From IMG/VR virus record IMGVR_UViG_3300035686_000003, positions 1 through 64,000 of that record: a stretch of 64,000 nucleotides of DNA; one strand, given 5' to 3'. This document shows positions 1-9,141 of this stretch, piece by piece. The notes beneath the pieces were generated by a model that saw only the letters and a program-made list of their open reading frames with translations, was not told the DNA's origin and made no database searches. Source of the DNA: a virus (lineage: Duplodnaviria; Caudoviricetes). Position 1 is the first letter of the stretch. Every line of letters starts with the position of its first letter. The translations under genes and the position numbers were made by a program.

Positions 1-403
1 ACTCAATAGGCGGCAACTCATTTCCAATAGGCGGCAACTCATTTCCAATAGGCGGCAACTCATTTCCAATAGGCGGCAACTCATTTCCGTCTATTTTCCA
101 GAAACCTTCAATTCGAGAGCCTCTTTTGTTCCGCACTTCCCACGTTAGGGTTTTTCTTGCATCTAATGAGTCAGGTTTGACTTGGAATTCAAATGCCCCA
201 TATTCCACGATGGTCTTTTTCGCAGAACGGAAGCTTCTGTCTTTGAGTCTTGTTGTGAGGGGTTGCCATCCGTCAGTCCCAAACGGATCTGCTCTTGACG
301 CTTCACTCCAGAGGGTCTTTACTGAATCGTGTTGACCTTCTAGCCACATAGCGTCTTCTATTGATGTCATAAAGAATGGACGCTGTTTCCTTGTCTCTTT
401 CAT
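1..403 (-). CDS. Putative replication initiator-like DNA-binding protein (runs off window start; not in ORF track)
   Basis: Hand translation from ATG 403: MKETRKQRPFFMTSIEDAMWLEGQHDSVKTLWSEASRADPFGTDGWQPL...AKKTIVEYGAFEFQV...WEVRNKRGSRIEGFWK then (GNELPPI)x4; aligns with N-termini of 37484 and 38124 ORFs. Confidence 0.7.
   Translation of the reverse strand, partial: MKETRKQRPFFMTSIEDAMWLEGQHDSVKTLWSEASRADPFGTDGWQPLTTRLKDRSFRSAKKTIVEYGAFEFQVKPDSLDARKTLTWEVRNKRGSRIEGFWKIDGNELPPIGNELPPIGNELPPIGNELPPIE
4..87. repeat. 4 x 21-bp perfect tandem repeat CAATAGGCGGCAACTCATTTC (iteron-like)
   Basis: Copies at 4, 25, 46, 67. Confidence 0.95.
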
Positions 404-515
404 CGTTATAATGAGTATGCTTTACTGATGCCGTCATTAGCTGTCAAAATTCGTACTTGCAGCTTTTGGCGGCTTTTGCTATGATCAGTATAACAAATAG
501 AGATGACGTAAACCA

Positions 516-752
516 ATGACGGTAACTAAAAACACTCTTCACGGAGAATCCAAGAAGCGAACAGCTATTTGGCTGACACCAAGTATGCTTGAGTATATTG
601 ATTATTTAGCGGCTGCAAAAGGCTACAGTCGTTCAGAGCTACTAGAACAAGCAGCTCGCCAACACATCCTAGAGCAAGTGAAAACATTCCCTGACGCATC
701 CGTCAAGCTCAATCTAGATAATAGCTATCATCCTGAGTTTGTTATAGATTGA
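516..752 (+). CDS. Ribbon-helix-helix (CopG-like) regulator
   Basis: KKRTAIWLTPSMLEYIDYLAAAKGYSRSELLEQAAR fits RHH; divergent from the initiator-like gene. Confidence 0.75.
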   Translation: MTVTKNTLHGESKKRTAIWLTPSMLEYIDYLAAAKGYSRSELLEQAARQHILEQVKTFPDASVKLNLDNSYHPEFVID

Positions 753-785
753 TTTTGTAACCTACCTCCACCTCCCCTTCGTCGC

Positions 786-820
786 CACCGCAGCTGTAGT
801 AAACGTTAGCGGTGGCTTTA
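786..820. terminator. GC hairpin between convergent genes
   Basis: GCCACCGC...GCGGTGGC followed by TTT. Confidence 0.5.
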
Positions 821-826
821 GTTTGC

Positions 827-1009
827 TTAGGGTGCTTCTATTTCGTACCAATGCGTCGGATAACAAACTTCATCTCTGGAGTCTATCCACTCACGTCGAT
901 AGCTATCGTACCAACCTGTATCCCAAGTTTTGTATCCTTCACTCCCCAACCACACAATTACATCGAATCCTGGTTCAGGCAATCTTTCTTCAACGGGAAT
1001 CCAATTCAT
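827..1009 (-). CDS. DUF551-like small phage protein (copy 1)
   Basis: MNWIPVEERLP...V.VW...PTHW signature. Confidence 0.8.
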   Translation of the reverse strand: MNWIPVEERLPEPGFDVIVWLGSEGYKTWDTGWYDSYRREWIDSRDEVCYPTHWYEIEAP

Positions 1010-1050
1010 TACTTACCTATCCTTTGCTTATTGACTATTGCAGTTTCAGC

Positions 1051-1233
1051 TTATGGACGTGTTATTTTTGCCCAATGGGTAGGATGACAGACTTCATCTC
1101 TCCCATCAATCCACTCACGGGAAACCTCATCATACCAAGCTCTGTCCCAACTCTTGTAACCTCCTTCACCAAGCCACACAAGAACATCGTGTGATGTTGC
1201 AGGCAATCTTTCTTCAACGGGAATCCAATTCAT
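1051..1233 (-). CDS. DUF551-like small phage protein (copy 2)
   Basis: Same signature; tandem paralogue of 827..1009. Confidence 0.8.
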   Translation of the reverse strand: MNWIPVEERLPATSHDVLVWLGEGGYKSWDRAWYDEVSREWIDGRDEVCHPTHWAKITRP

Positions 1234-1296
1234 AACTCTTGCAATTTTTGCTAGCTTTTGTTATATTGTAGCCTACTACAAAATGAGGGAAGAGTT

Positions 1297-1560
1297 GTGG
1301 AGGATTTAACCGCACTGAAGAATAGATTCAAGGAACTCGATAAATATCTACGTCATTTGCAATCAATCAAGGGTGGTCATGGATTCGTAGAATTTAAATT
1401 TGACAACTTCAATGGTTGGATGCTGAGAGCTGACGATTATCAATGCGTTACTACTTGGGGTAAATACAACCCGAAGCATACTCTAGTGCTACTGTCGCAA
1501 CAGTGGCTTGAGTTACAAGACAAAATCATGGCAATCATAGAGGATGACGATGAAATCTAA
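1297..1560 (+). CDS. Hypothetical protein
   Basis: GTG after GAGGGA; first of four overlapping + strand ORFs. Confidence 0.55.
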   Translation: MEDLTALKNRFKELDKYLRHLQSIKGGHGFVEFKFDNFNGWMLRADDYQCVTTWGKYNPKHTLVLLSQQWLELQDKIMAIIEDDDEI

Positions 1561-1912
1561 GATTAACTTCACAGTCCAAGATATTCAAGAGGCTCTAACC
1601 TTTTGGATGAGAGAGAAGCGTGGCATCGAGATTACTGAATTCCACCGCATTGAAGCGGAAGGAGTTAACTCTAGTTTGAGGGTATATGCTGAAGTTTCTC
1701 AAGAGGAGCTAGAGGGTGAAAGGATTAATGATCATGGGGATATTACTTTTACGTATCTAGGAGTGCGTGTGTCCGTTGTCAGGTTGCCTTATGGTCATCA
1801 TGCTGTATCTTGTGTCTGTCCAGATAATGATGTCTTGCAGTTCAACTTTTATTCACCTGACACAAAGGAAGTCATTAAAACAATCAAGGAGTACATCACT
1901 AGCTGGCAATGA
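1544..1912 (+). CDS. Hypothetical protein
   Basis: RBS GAGG; overlaps neighbours. Confidence 0.6.
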   Translation: MTMKSKINFTVQDIQEALTFWMREKRGIEITEFHRIEAEGVNSSLRVYAEVSQEELEGERINDHGDITFTYLGVRVSVVRLPYGHHAVSCVCPDNDVLQFNFYSPDTKEVIKTIKEYITSWQ

Positions 1913-2103
1913 TTAACTTCATCGAAACATCTGAACAAATCCAAGATCCCATTACAGGCGATCTCGCACTCGTGGGCACTTGTGAGACATTTGTTGACGA
2001 AGTAACCAAAGCAATGTGGAAGAAGGCTATGAAGTCAAGTGTTACTGTTCAGCGAAATGAATTTTTGGAGTGGTACGTGAAATTTGTAGGAGGCAAGCAA
2101 TGA
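1909..2103 (+). CDS. Hypothetical protein
   Basis: ATGA overlap coupling at both ends. Confidence 0.55.
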   Translation: MINFIETSEQIQDPITGDLALVGTCETFVDEVTKAMWKKAMKSSVTVQRNEFLEWYVKFVGGKQ

Positions 2104-2444
2104 CGCGTCTAGTACCTGATGGTCATGGTGGCTGGATTCCTCCTCACTGGCAAGACTGCTATCTCCCTAACTACTGGTCTAAATTTGATAAGGAATCAGA
2201 AGTAACACAGATTATGAACGACATGGCAATGCAAGAGTTTCGTAATTTCATTGAAGCTAACCGACAAGAATTTCAGTCCCCTGATTTTTCCAAAGCTTAT
2301 CCAGATCACGATTGGAGAAATCATGTTCCTTGGTTGTTTCAAGATCTTTGGTCAGATCTTTCTCTTCGGGAGCGAGCATTGATTTTCTACATGGCTCAAC
2401 TCAACACTTTAACCGAAGATGATACTTTAGGCGAAGACCAATAA
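2100..2444 (+). CDS. Hypothetical protein
   Basis: AGGAGG RBS before ATG 2100. Confidence 0.6.
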   Translation: MTRLVPDGHGGWIPPHWQDCYLPNYWSKFDKESEVTQIMNDMAMQEFRNFIEANRQEFQSPDFSKAYPDHDWRNHVPWLFQDLWSDLSLRERALIFYMAQLNTLTEDDTLGEDQ

Positions 2445-2463
2445 CACTTATTCCTTCATTCGT

Positions 2464-2505
2464 AGCCCTAGTTGCTCTTATAGCTTCTGGGGCTTTTGCT
2501 TTTTC
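2464..2505 (+). terminator. Rho-independent terminator
   Basis: AGCCCTAG...CTGGGGCT hairpin plus T-rich tail after the ORF cluster. Confidence 0.55.
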
Positions 2506-3065
2506 TAGGGTATAAGAATAAATACTACCCTCAAAATCCGGAAACGGTGTGAGCAAATCCGGAAGTTCCGATTAGTGACCCACAATACGTCAATATAAGA
2601 CCGATTTTCTGGGTAGGTTCCGGATTTGCTATTGCGACACGAGATTTTCGACTTACACACTCCCTCATAGAAAAACACACCCTAAAGCCTTGCTGCACTT
2701 GAATCAGGGTGAATTGCCCGGTATGATTTTCGTCATAATTCCCCTACTTATTCTCACATTTTCACTCCGCTATTGCGAACTACTATCATTAGGCACTTTC
2801 CGAGTCCTTTCTGGGTGGGTTCTGACTCGTTTCTGGGTCGTTTCCGGATTCGGACAAACAAATCTACAAACCTTTGTGATAACAATTGATAATTTAAAAT
2901 TTTTGCTACAAACAAAAACGTTAGAAAACTTTAGCGACAACTGTGGCTGTAGTTAAATACGATGCGAAGACTGTAGTCGGCAGAGGCAGTCCTTATGTAG
3001 GTTTACGCAGGTGGATGGGTTGCCTTTGTGAGACACTGGGGCAATATTTAAAGTTTTATATTTTC

Positions 3066-4844
3066 ATGCCCTTAATCACGTCTAGACCAAAGGCTAAAAC
3101 AACGGTAGACGGGTTGCCCCTTGCGTATCAGCTATTTACCGAGGGCAATTACGTTCCAATTGTGACTGAGATTGAGAGGTCAACGCTTACTGATGATCTA
3201 ACGAATGCTGTCGTGGTCTTTAGTGCTAGTGGCGGCAATGATAGCGAATATTTCATCTCAAAGACTTCAGAATTTCCGAGCCAAGTTTCTTTGATTTCGA
3301 TTACGAATGATCGGATTAAAGCCTTGATCAAATTAGTCAAGGAGGATACGCTCTTTTTCCTTGATGGTGTAACTAACTTTCGCTACACGGTAGGGTTACG
3401 CACTGACGAAGGCTTGATGGAATTGGAGGCAGGCTACTTCAATGTCAACCCAAGTATTGCTCTTGGTAAGCTCTCGCAAACACCAACGCCTGATGCTGCT
3501 CCTATCATCGAACTGATGACTCCAAAGGTTAGCGATAACCTTTATGTTGGGCGTAAGTTCAAACTATTAGCGAAAGCTTCTGATGTTGGTGGGGCAATTC
3601 TCAAAGTTGACTTCTATGTCAATGATGCCAAGATTGGCTCCAATAACAGTTACTCAACGAAAGGGATATGGGACTACAGTTACACACCGACTCAAGCGGG
3701 AAGCTTAACTTTTTACGCGATCGCTAGCGATAGTAGCGGCTACGAAAGCAAGAGTAATGCTATAGCGGCATCTGTACAAGCGGAACCTGTTGTCCCTACT
3801 GCCAATTTCTCGTTTACTCCTTTGACAGGTGGTGCGCCCCTCAACGTCACCTTTATCAATACATCCGTCAATGCTTCAACGTATTCCTGGGACTTCGGTG
3901 ATGGTTCTGGAGTCAATACTTCAGCTTCTCCCACTCACATCTACCAAGAATCCGGCAACTACACTATTACCCTCACTGCCACAAACTTGTATGGCAGTGT
4001 AACGTTATCCAAGGGCATTACGGTAAATGTTGCAACAAACCAACCACCAACTGTTAATATCACAAATCCTGCGAACAATACAAGTGTAGTAGTAGGGCAA
4101 CAGTTAGCATTGACCGCAACAGCTAGCGATGGTGACGGGAGTGTGACGGGGGTTCAGTTCAAAGTCAATGGTGTTAACCAGGGAGCAAATCTTACCGCTT
4201 CCCCCTACACGACAGCATTTACCCCTAGCTCTCCCGGTTCCTACAGTATCACTGCTGTAGCAACAGATAACTTGGGTTTGACGACTACGAGCAGCGTTGT
4301 TTATCTAACTGTTACGGCTCCTACGACGACCACGACGACTACTCAGCCCCCCGTAGGAACAACTACCACCACAAGTACTACCCAGCCTCCTGCGACGACA
4401 ACAACGACGACTACGCAAGCATCTGGTACTACTACAACCACAACAGCGACAGTAGCTCCAACAACTACTACTACGACAACTGCTGCACCTACGACGACCA
4501 CAACTACTACGGCTGCTCCGACTACCACCACGACAACAACTACAGCTCAAGCGTTCGATAGAGTGTTTGTGTTCTCTAGTGGTAACAGTGGTGTGCTACA
4601 GAGTGGTGAGACTAACTTGACAGGTTGTACAGCTAACGCTGCTCAAAGTCCGACAACCCAGTTCAGATTCAGCAACATTGCGAATCGTCAAGGTACTCCT
4701 GCTAACATGACTATCTATCTTAGCAACACAGCATTCTTAAGCTTCAATTATCCCAGTGACTACGAAGGCAGACTCTTCTTACTCATTGATAACACTGGGG
4801 CACAACATCCAGGCGAAATCACCGCAGGAAGGGTTGACTTCTAA
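3066..4844 (+). CDS. Putative virion surface protein: Ig-like (Big_7-like x2) and PKD domains, mucin-like poly-Thr region, C-terminal shared module
   Basis: PKD motif YSWDFGDG...HIYQESGNYTITLT; Ig repeats (A.ASD.DG.V..V.F.VN); about 80-aa Thr-rich tract at 4310-4547; ATG 3066 preferred over GTG 2943. Confidence 0.8.
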   Translation: MPLITSRPKAKTTVDGLPLAYQLFTEGNYVPIVTEIERSTLTDDLTNAVVVFSASGGNDSEYFISKTSEFPSQVSLISITNDRIKALIKLVKEDTLFFLDGVTNFRYTVGLRTDEGLMELEAGYFNVNPSIALGKLSQTPTPDAAPIIELMTPKVSDNLYVGRKFKLLAKASDVGGAILKVDFYVNDAKIGSNNSYSTKGIWDYSYTPTQAGSLTFYAIASDSSGYESKSNAIAASVQAEPVVPTANFSFTPLTGGAPLNVTFINTSVNASTYSWDFGDGSGVNTSASPTHIYQESGNYTITLTATNLYGSVTLSKGITVNVATNQPPTVNITNPANNTSVVVGQQLALTATASDGDGSVTGVQFKVNGVNQGANLTASPYTTAFTPSSPGSYSITAVATDNLGLTTTSSVVYLTVTAPTTTTTTTQPPVGTTTTTSTTQPPATTTTTTTQASGTTTTTTATVAPTTTTTTTAAPTTTTTTTAAPTTTTTTTTAQAFDRVFVFSSGNSGVLQSGETNLTGCTANAAQSPTTQFRFSNIANRQGTPANMTIYLSNTAFLSFNYPSDYEGRLFLLIDNTGAQHPGEITAGRVDF

Positions 4845-5737
4845 TGCAAAGGATCTTTGTCCAGTTGGCAGCTTATCGCGATCCTGAGCTACCTTGGACA
4901 ATCAATGATGCGATCGCTAACGCACGTTATCCTGAGCGGCTAAGCTTTGGTGTTTGCTGGCAAGCTAATCCTGAAGACGATCAGTGGATTGTCGGACTTC
5001 AGTTCTTGTCGAATTGTCGAATCTATAAAGTGTTAGCCAAAGATTCAGATGGTTGCTGTTGGGCACGAGCGATAACTCAGTCGTTGTGGCAAGGGGAAGA
5101 GTATACTCTCCAAGTTGACTCTCATTCAAGGTTCGCTAAAGATTGGGATGTTAAGCTTCTGTCAATGTTAGCTGCTTGTGATAGCCCTAAGCCTGTGCTG
5201 ACTGCTTACCCTGCTAGCTACAGCTTTGCTTCTGGTATTGACCCTCAAGCTGTCCCCTATCGCATTGGAGCCAATTACTTTAACAACTATGGACTCTTGG
5301 AGCTACAGGCAACTAATGCAGTCGCTAGCGCCACTCCTGTGCGAGGGTATTTCTTGAGTGCAGGAATTATTTTTGGTGCGTCCTCCTGGATGAAAGATGT
5401 CCCCTATGACAAAGCCTTGTATTTCAATGGTGAAGAGTCCAGCCTTGCCGTGAGATTATTTACTAACGGTTGGGACTTGTTTCACCCCAATGAAGTTGTA
5501 GTTTACCACAATTATGGAAGAAGTGGTGCGCCAAGGCATCAATCAGAGTATACAAATGTTGAACGAGAGTTGCAGTCGTATGCTCGGTATCACGATATTG
5601 TTTCTGGCAAGGATTTAGGTAAGTTTGGTGTCGGGAATGTGAGGACGGTAGCTGATTATCAGCGAGAGTCTGGAGTAGATTTTATAAGTCAAAATATTAA
5701 CGAAAATTCTAAGAATGGAGTGTTTATAAATGCCTAA
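4844..5737 (+). CDS. GT60-family (Pfam GlcNAc-like) polypeptide/Skp1 alpha-GlcNAc transferase homologue
   Basis: IFVQLAAYRDPEL, YPERLSFGVCWQ, GCCWAR, EEYTLQVDSHSRF (DSH metal motif), KPVLTAYP, FNGEE..LAVRLFTNGWD..YHNY. Confidence 0.85.
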   Translation: MQRIFVQLAAYRDPELPWTINDAIANARYPERLSFGVCWQANPEDDQWIVGLQFLSNCRIYKVLAKDSDGCCWARAITQSLWQGEEYTLQVDSHSRFAKDWDVKLLSMLAACDSPKPVLTAYPASYSFASGIDPQAVPYRIGANYFNNYGLLELQATNAVASATPVRGYFLSAGIIFGASSWMKDVPYDKALYFNGEESSLAVRLFTNGWDLFHPNEVVVYHNYGRSGAPRHQSEYTNVERELQSYARYHDIVSGKDLGKFGVGNVRTVADYQRESGVDFISQNINENSKNGVFINA

Positions 5738-6770
5738 CATTAAGGGTTCTGCCAGTGGACGCCCGAACATCTTTGTCAGGATTGGCGCGACTCAGAACTT
5801 AGCAAGTAGTCCCTTCAATGCTACTAATACAAAAATTATTTATGCGTTAGATGCCAATGGTAACTTCCTTGGCTATACTCCTGGTCAAGCAGATTTCTTG
5901 CAGGGATTCTTAACTCTCAACACCAATGAAGGTTACTACTCCGTTAATACCCAAGACTTAACTGTTTCTGGCATTGTCCCCGATGAAGCTAGCACCACCA
6001 CTACAACGAGTAGCACTACGACTACAACCACTAGTAGTACAACAACTACCACAACAGTAAACGCTAGTGCTTATGCTCCAGCAACTCAAGCTGCGACTCA
6101 CCGTTGGGCAGTGCGAGCTAATACCGTAACGAAGGATGCTCAGAACAAGATTAGCGCGATCGCTGATTCTATCGGTTCACTGCCATTAGTCAACAACGCA
6201 ACACTCAAGCCGACATACGTTGAGAACGTTCAGAACTCTCAGCCTAGTGCCAGCTTTCGTACAGCTTCAGTACTAACTAATGCTCTAACTACTGTAACTA
6301 ATGTTGCTGTAGTGATGGTAATGAAGTTTAGTGACGACAACCCTTTTGGAAGCGTCTTCTTTGATGGTGCAACTAATCAACAAATTGGCTTGCAAACTAA
6401 TGGAATGACTGCTGCATCTACAACTTTTGCCATATTAGCTGGTGGAGGTGGTGCAACAGCTTCTTCTGTAGTCACGAATGCTTTTACCAACGCACACATT
6501 CTTGTAGCTTGGTTTGATAGCACACCTGGGACATTTACATCAAGCAAGATTTACTACGATGGGAACAAGCTAGTTCAGGATGGTGTTGCTCTTACCAATT
6601 TCAATGGTAAGTTGACTGTGGGAACACGAGCTGATCAAGCCGCTTCTTATGCCTTGTTTGAGTTACTCGACATGGTAATTCTGGAAAACCCAACTCTCAG
6701 CAATATTAATTACCACGGTCAAAACCTAGGAGCTATTTACAGTATTCCTTGGACAACCGCTACCCCATAG
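5730..6770 (+). CDS. Putative virion fibre: shared N-terminal module, Thr/Ser mucin-like linker, ConA/LamG-like lectin domain
   Basis: STTTTTSSTTTTTTSSTTTTTT at about 5990-6056; C-terminal beta-rich domain (SKIYYDG, LTVG). Confidence 0.65.
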   Translation: MPNIKGSASGRPNIFVRIGATQNLASSPFNATNTKIIYALDANGNFLGYTPGQADFLQGFLTLNTNEGYYSVNTQDLTVSGIVPDEASTTTTTSSTTTTTTSSTTTTTTVNASAYAPATQAATHRWAVRANTVTKDAQNKISAIADSIGSLPLVNNATLKPTYVENVQNSQPSASFRTASVLTNALTTVTNVAVVMVMKFSDDNPFGSVFFDGATNQQIGLQTNGMTAASTTFAILAGGGGATASSVVTNAFTNAHILVAWFDSTPGTFTSSKIYYDGNKLVQDGVALTNFNGKLTVGTRADQAASYALFELLDMVILENPTLSNINYHGQNLGAIYSIPWTTATP

Positions 6771-6781
6771 GATAGACGCTG

Positions 6782-9139
6782 ATGCCTAATCTTTCAACAA
6801 CTAATTTTGCAGTGTATTTGGGTAAGCTTCCACTGAAGTTGGGGACTACGCGATGCCCATTTACACTAGCGAATACCGTGTCTGTCTTTGGTTTTGATGA
6901 CCAAGGTAATGCTGTTAGCTGGGTTCCTGGTCGTAGTGATTTCTTAAACTCACTGACGGAACTCAAGCCTTACCGAGGTTACCTCCTCTCTCTTTCATCG
7001 CCCCTTACCCTTGACGACTTTGCACCTTCAATCCAGCCTAATGTAGTTGCGGGAGCCAAGTTCTTCGTTGATTCTGTCAATGGCAATGACTCGAACAACG
7101 GTTTGACGCCAGCTACGGCATTCAGAAGTTTGTCTAAAGTTGCTACTGCCGCCAATGGCACAACTATCTACCTTGCAAGGGAGTCGTATTGGCGAGAAGA
7201 GTTAATTTTTGACAATAACTCGAACATGAGTTTTATTGCCTATGGTAGTGGAGCTAAGCCTGTCATTGATGGGTCTGATATCGCCCCAACAGGATTGTTT
7301 ACGGCTGACACGACTCACACGAACACCTTCCGAATCAACTGGAATCTCGCTACCAACTATCCTCCCAACAGTCCAATGAGGATTTCTGTTTGGGAGAACG
7401 ACATTCGGATGAAGCGAGTGTTTTCTGCTGACGACTGCAACACTACTCCAGGTTCTTTCCATGTTGTAGGGCAAGAGTCAGGCTCCGGCAATATGAGTAG
7501 CCTTAGTAACTCAACGACCTACCAAATTTACGTTCGCCCATTCTCAGGAGGTGTTGCTGGCAAGGTTTATGATATTACGAAACGGCTTGTCTGCTTGTCG
7601 GGAGGAAACAATGCTCTCGTAGATGGAATTCATGGGAAAAAAGCTGGAATTAACGATGGTTCCATACGAGTCTTCTATGACTCTAACGTTAAGAACTGTG
7701 TCGCTGAACATGGAACCAAGCATAACTTCTATATCCAGAGTGGTGCAACATCTAATTGTGTAGCTTACAAGTCTGGAGATCCCGACTGTATTCCCTTCAT
7801 CGCATTTACTCCCACTAGGACTGGAGTGGATTTCACCTATGACGATTGCATTGCTTTTCGTGACTTAAGCGATCCAACGTATTCCAATGATACTTCTGGA
7901 GGCTGGGGTAGCCACGGTATCGGAGGCAGCACGATAGTTCGACGTATCGACATTCGGAATTGTGAAGCCTACAATTTTAGGGGTGGGATTGGTTCGGAGG
8001 CACAAACTTTCGTTGCCGACAACTGTTATGTTGAGCGTTGCGGTTCAGGTATTCAACCATCTGCTCCAATCTCTACGAACATCAGTGATTGCGAAGTGAA
8101 AGATTGTGCTGTGGGAGTTGCAATCGACTACTCTCAAGGTACTATCGATATCTCCAACAGTAAATTTTACGGATACCTTTATGGGGTGTTTAACGGATTT
8201 ACGAACAGGGTAAACAATGAGATTACCATAACGAACTGTGTCTTCGAGAGCGGTAGTGCGGCAAAAGTAGCGTATGGCGTCTACCTTGGTGGGTTTTCGC
8301 AACTCACAATGTTTAAGAACATCTTCTCCAATAACCTTTACTCTCTCCAGTGTTCAGGTGGGCAAGACATTAGCCTCATCAACAATAGTCAGAACGTTTA
8401 CTGGCACCCGACAGCGCAAGGTGCATTCGCAGGAACTCCTGTTGGCGCAGGCTACATTAACGCCTCTCTAGCTCAATGGCAATCGATTGCTACTACTGAT
8501 TTAGATTCAGTATTCGCTAATCCTAAGTTTGCGATTGCTGCACCAGTATTCTCGCTCCAAGGAGACTCTCCTGCGATTGCTTTAGGTGCTGGATTGATTT
8601 CCTCATTGTCAGCTCAACCTCCAGTAGTTACTCTTGCTGCTCCAAAAGTACGTCTAATCAATGAACCGTTAACGGTGACTGCTATTGTGACAGGTGGCAC
8701 TCTTACTACTCTCCAGTTTAGAGCTGATGGTGTATCGATAGGTGCTGCGGATACAGCTGTTCCCTATAGCGTAGCCTACACTCCTACAACGAAAGGAGTA
8801 AAGCAGTTGTCAGCTGTTGCGACATCTTCTGAAGGGCAAACGATAACTGCTGCAAACTATTCAATTACTGTATTTGATAGGAAGATAATGAGTGGCAGTG
8901 ACGGTGCAGGAACTTCACTTGTTGCCAGCACTGGAGATTATGTGTTGTTTGACAACAATCAGGCTGCTGGAGGGTTGCCTGCTACTGCTGAATTATTTAT
9001 TTCAGGATCTCAAGTAGGTGTATTGAACTATACAACCGATGCTTACAATAGCAAACCTTTTGTGTTCTATAGGAGCAGCAATAACTCGTTCTATTCGGGT
9101 ACAATTGCAGCAGGTACAGTAAATCTAACGTTGTTATAA
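6782..9139 (+). CDS. Tailspike/depolymerase-like right-handed beta-helix protein with Ig-like domain
   Basis: FFVDSVNGNDSNNGLTPATAFRSL cap motif; Asn/Cys ladder repeats; C-terminal Big_7-like domain. Confidence 0.75.
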   Translation: MPNLSTTNFAVYLGKLPLKLGTTRCPFTLANTVSVFGFDDQGNAVSWVPGRSDFLNSLTELKPYRGYLLSLSSPLTLDDFAPSIQPNVVAGAKFFVDSVNGNDSNNGLTPATAFRSLSKVATAANGTTIYLARESYWREELIFDNNSNMSFIAYGSGAKPVIDGSDIAPTGLFTADTTHTNTFRINWNLATNYPPNSPMRISVWENDIRMKRVFSADDCNTTPGSFHVVGQESGSGNMSSLSNSTTYQIYVRPFSGGVAGKVYDITKRLVCLSGGNNALVDGIHGKKAGINDGSIRVFYDSNVKNCVAEHGTKHNFYIQSGATSNCVAYKSGDPDCIPFIAFTPTRTGVDFTYDDCIAFRDLSDPTYSNDTSGGWGSHGIGGSTIVRRIDIRNCEAYNFRGGIGSEAQTFVADNCYVERCGSGIQPSAPISTNISDCEVKDCAVGVAIDYSQGTIDISNSKFYGYLYGVFNGFTNRVNNEITITNCVFESGSAAKVAYGVYLGGFSQLTMFKNIFSNNLYSLQCSGGQDISLINNSQNVYWHPTAQGAFAGTPVGAGYINASLAQWQSIATTDLDSVFANPKFAIAAPVFSLQGDSPAIALGAGLISSLSAQPPVVTLAAPKVRLINEPLTVTAIVTGGTLTTLQFRADGVSIGAADTAVPYSVAYTPTTKGVKQLSAVATSSEGQTITAANYSITVFDRKIMSGSDGAGTSLVASTGDYVLFDNNQAAGGLPATAELFISGSQVGVLNYTTDAYNSKPFVFYRSSNNSFYSGTIAAGTVNLTLL

Positions 9140-9141
9140 GT

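Noticed and set aside
4-87. CRISPR array
   Set aside because: Repeats are contiguous with no spacers and lie in-frame in an ORF
2690-2956. 88-aa hydrophobic ORF
   Set aside because: TTG start, no clear RBS, and overlaps the inverted-repeat region
4305-4550. Minus-strand poly-Val and Cys/Ser/Arg ORFs
   Set aside because: Antisense shadows of the poly-Thr tract
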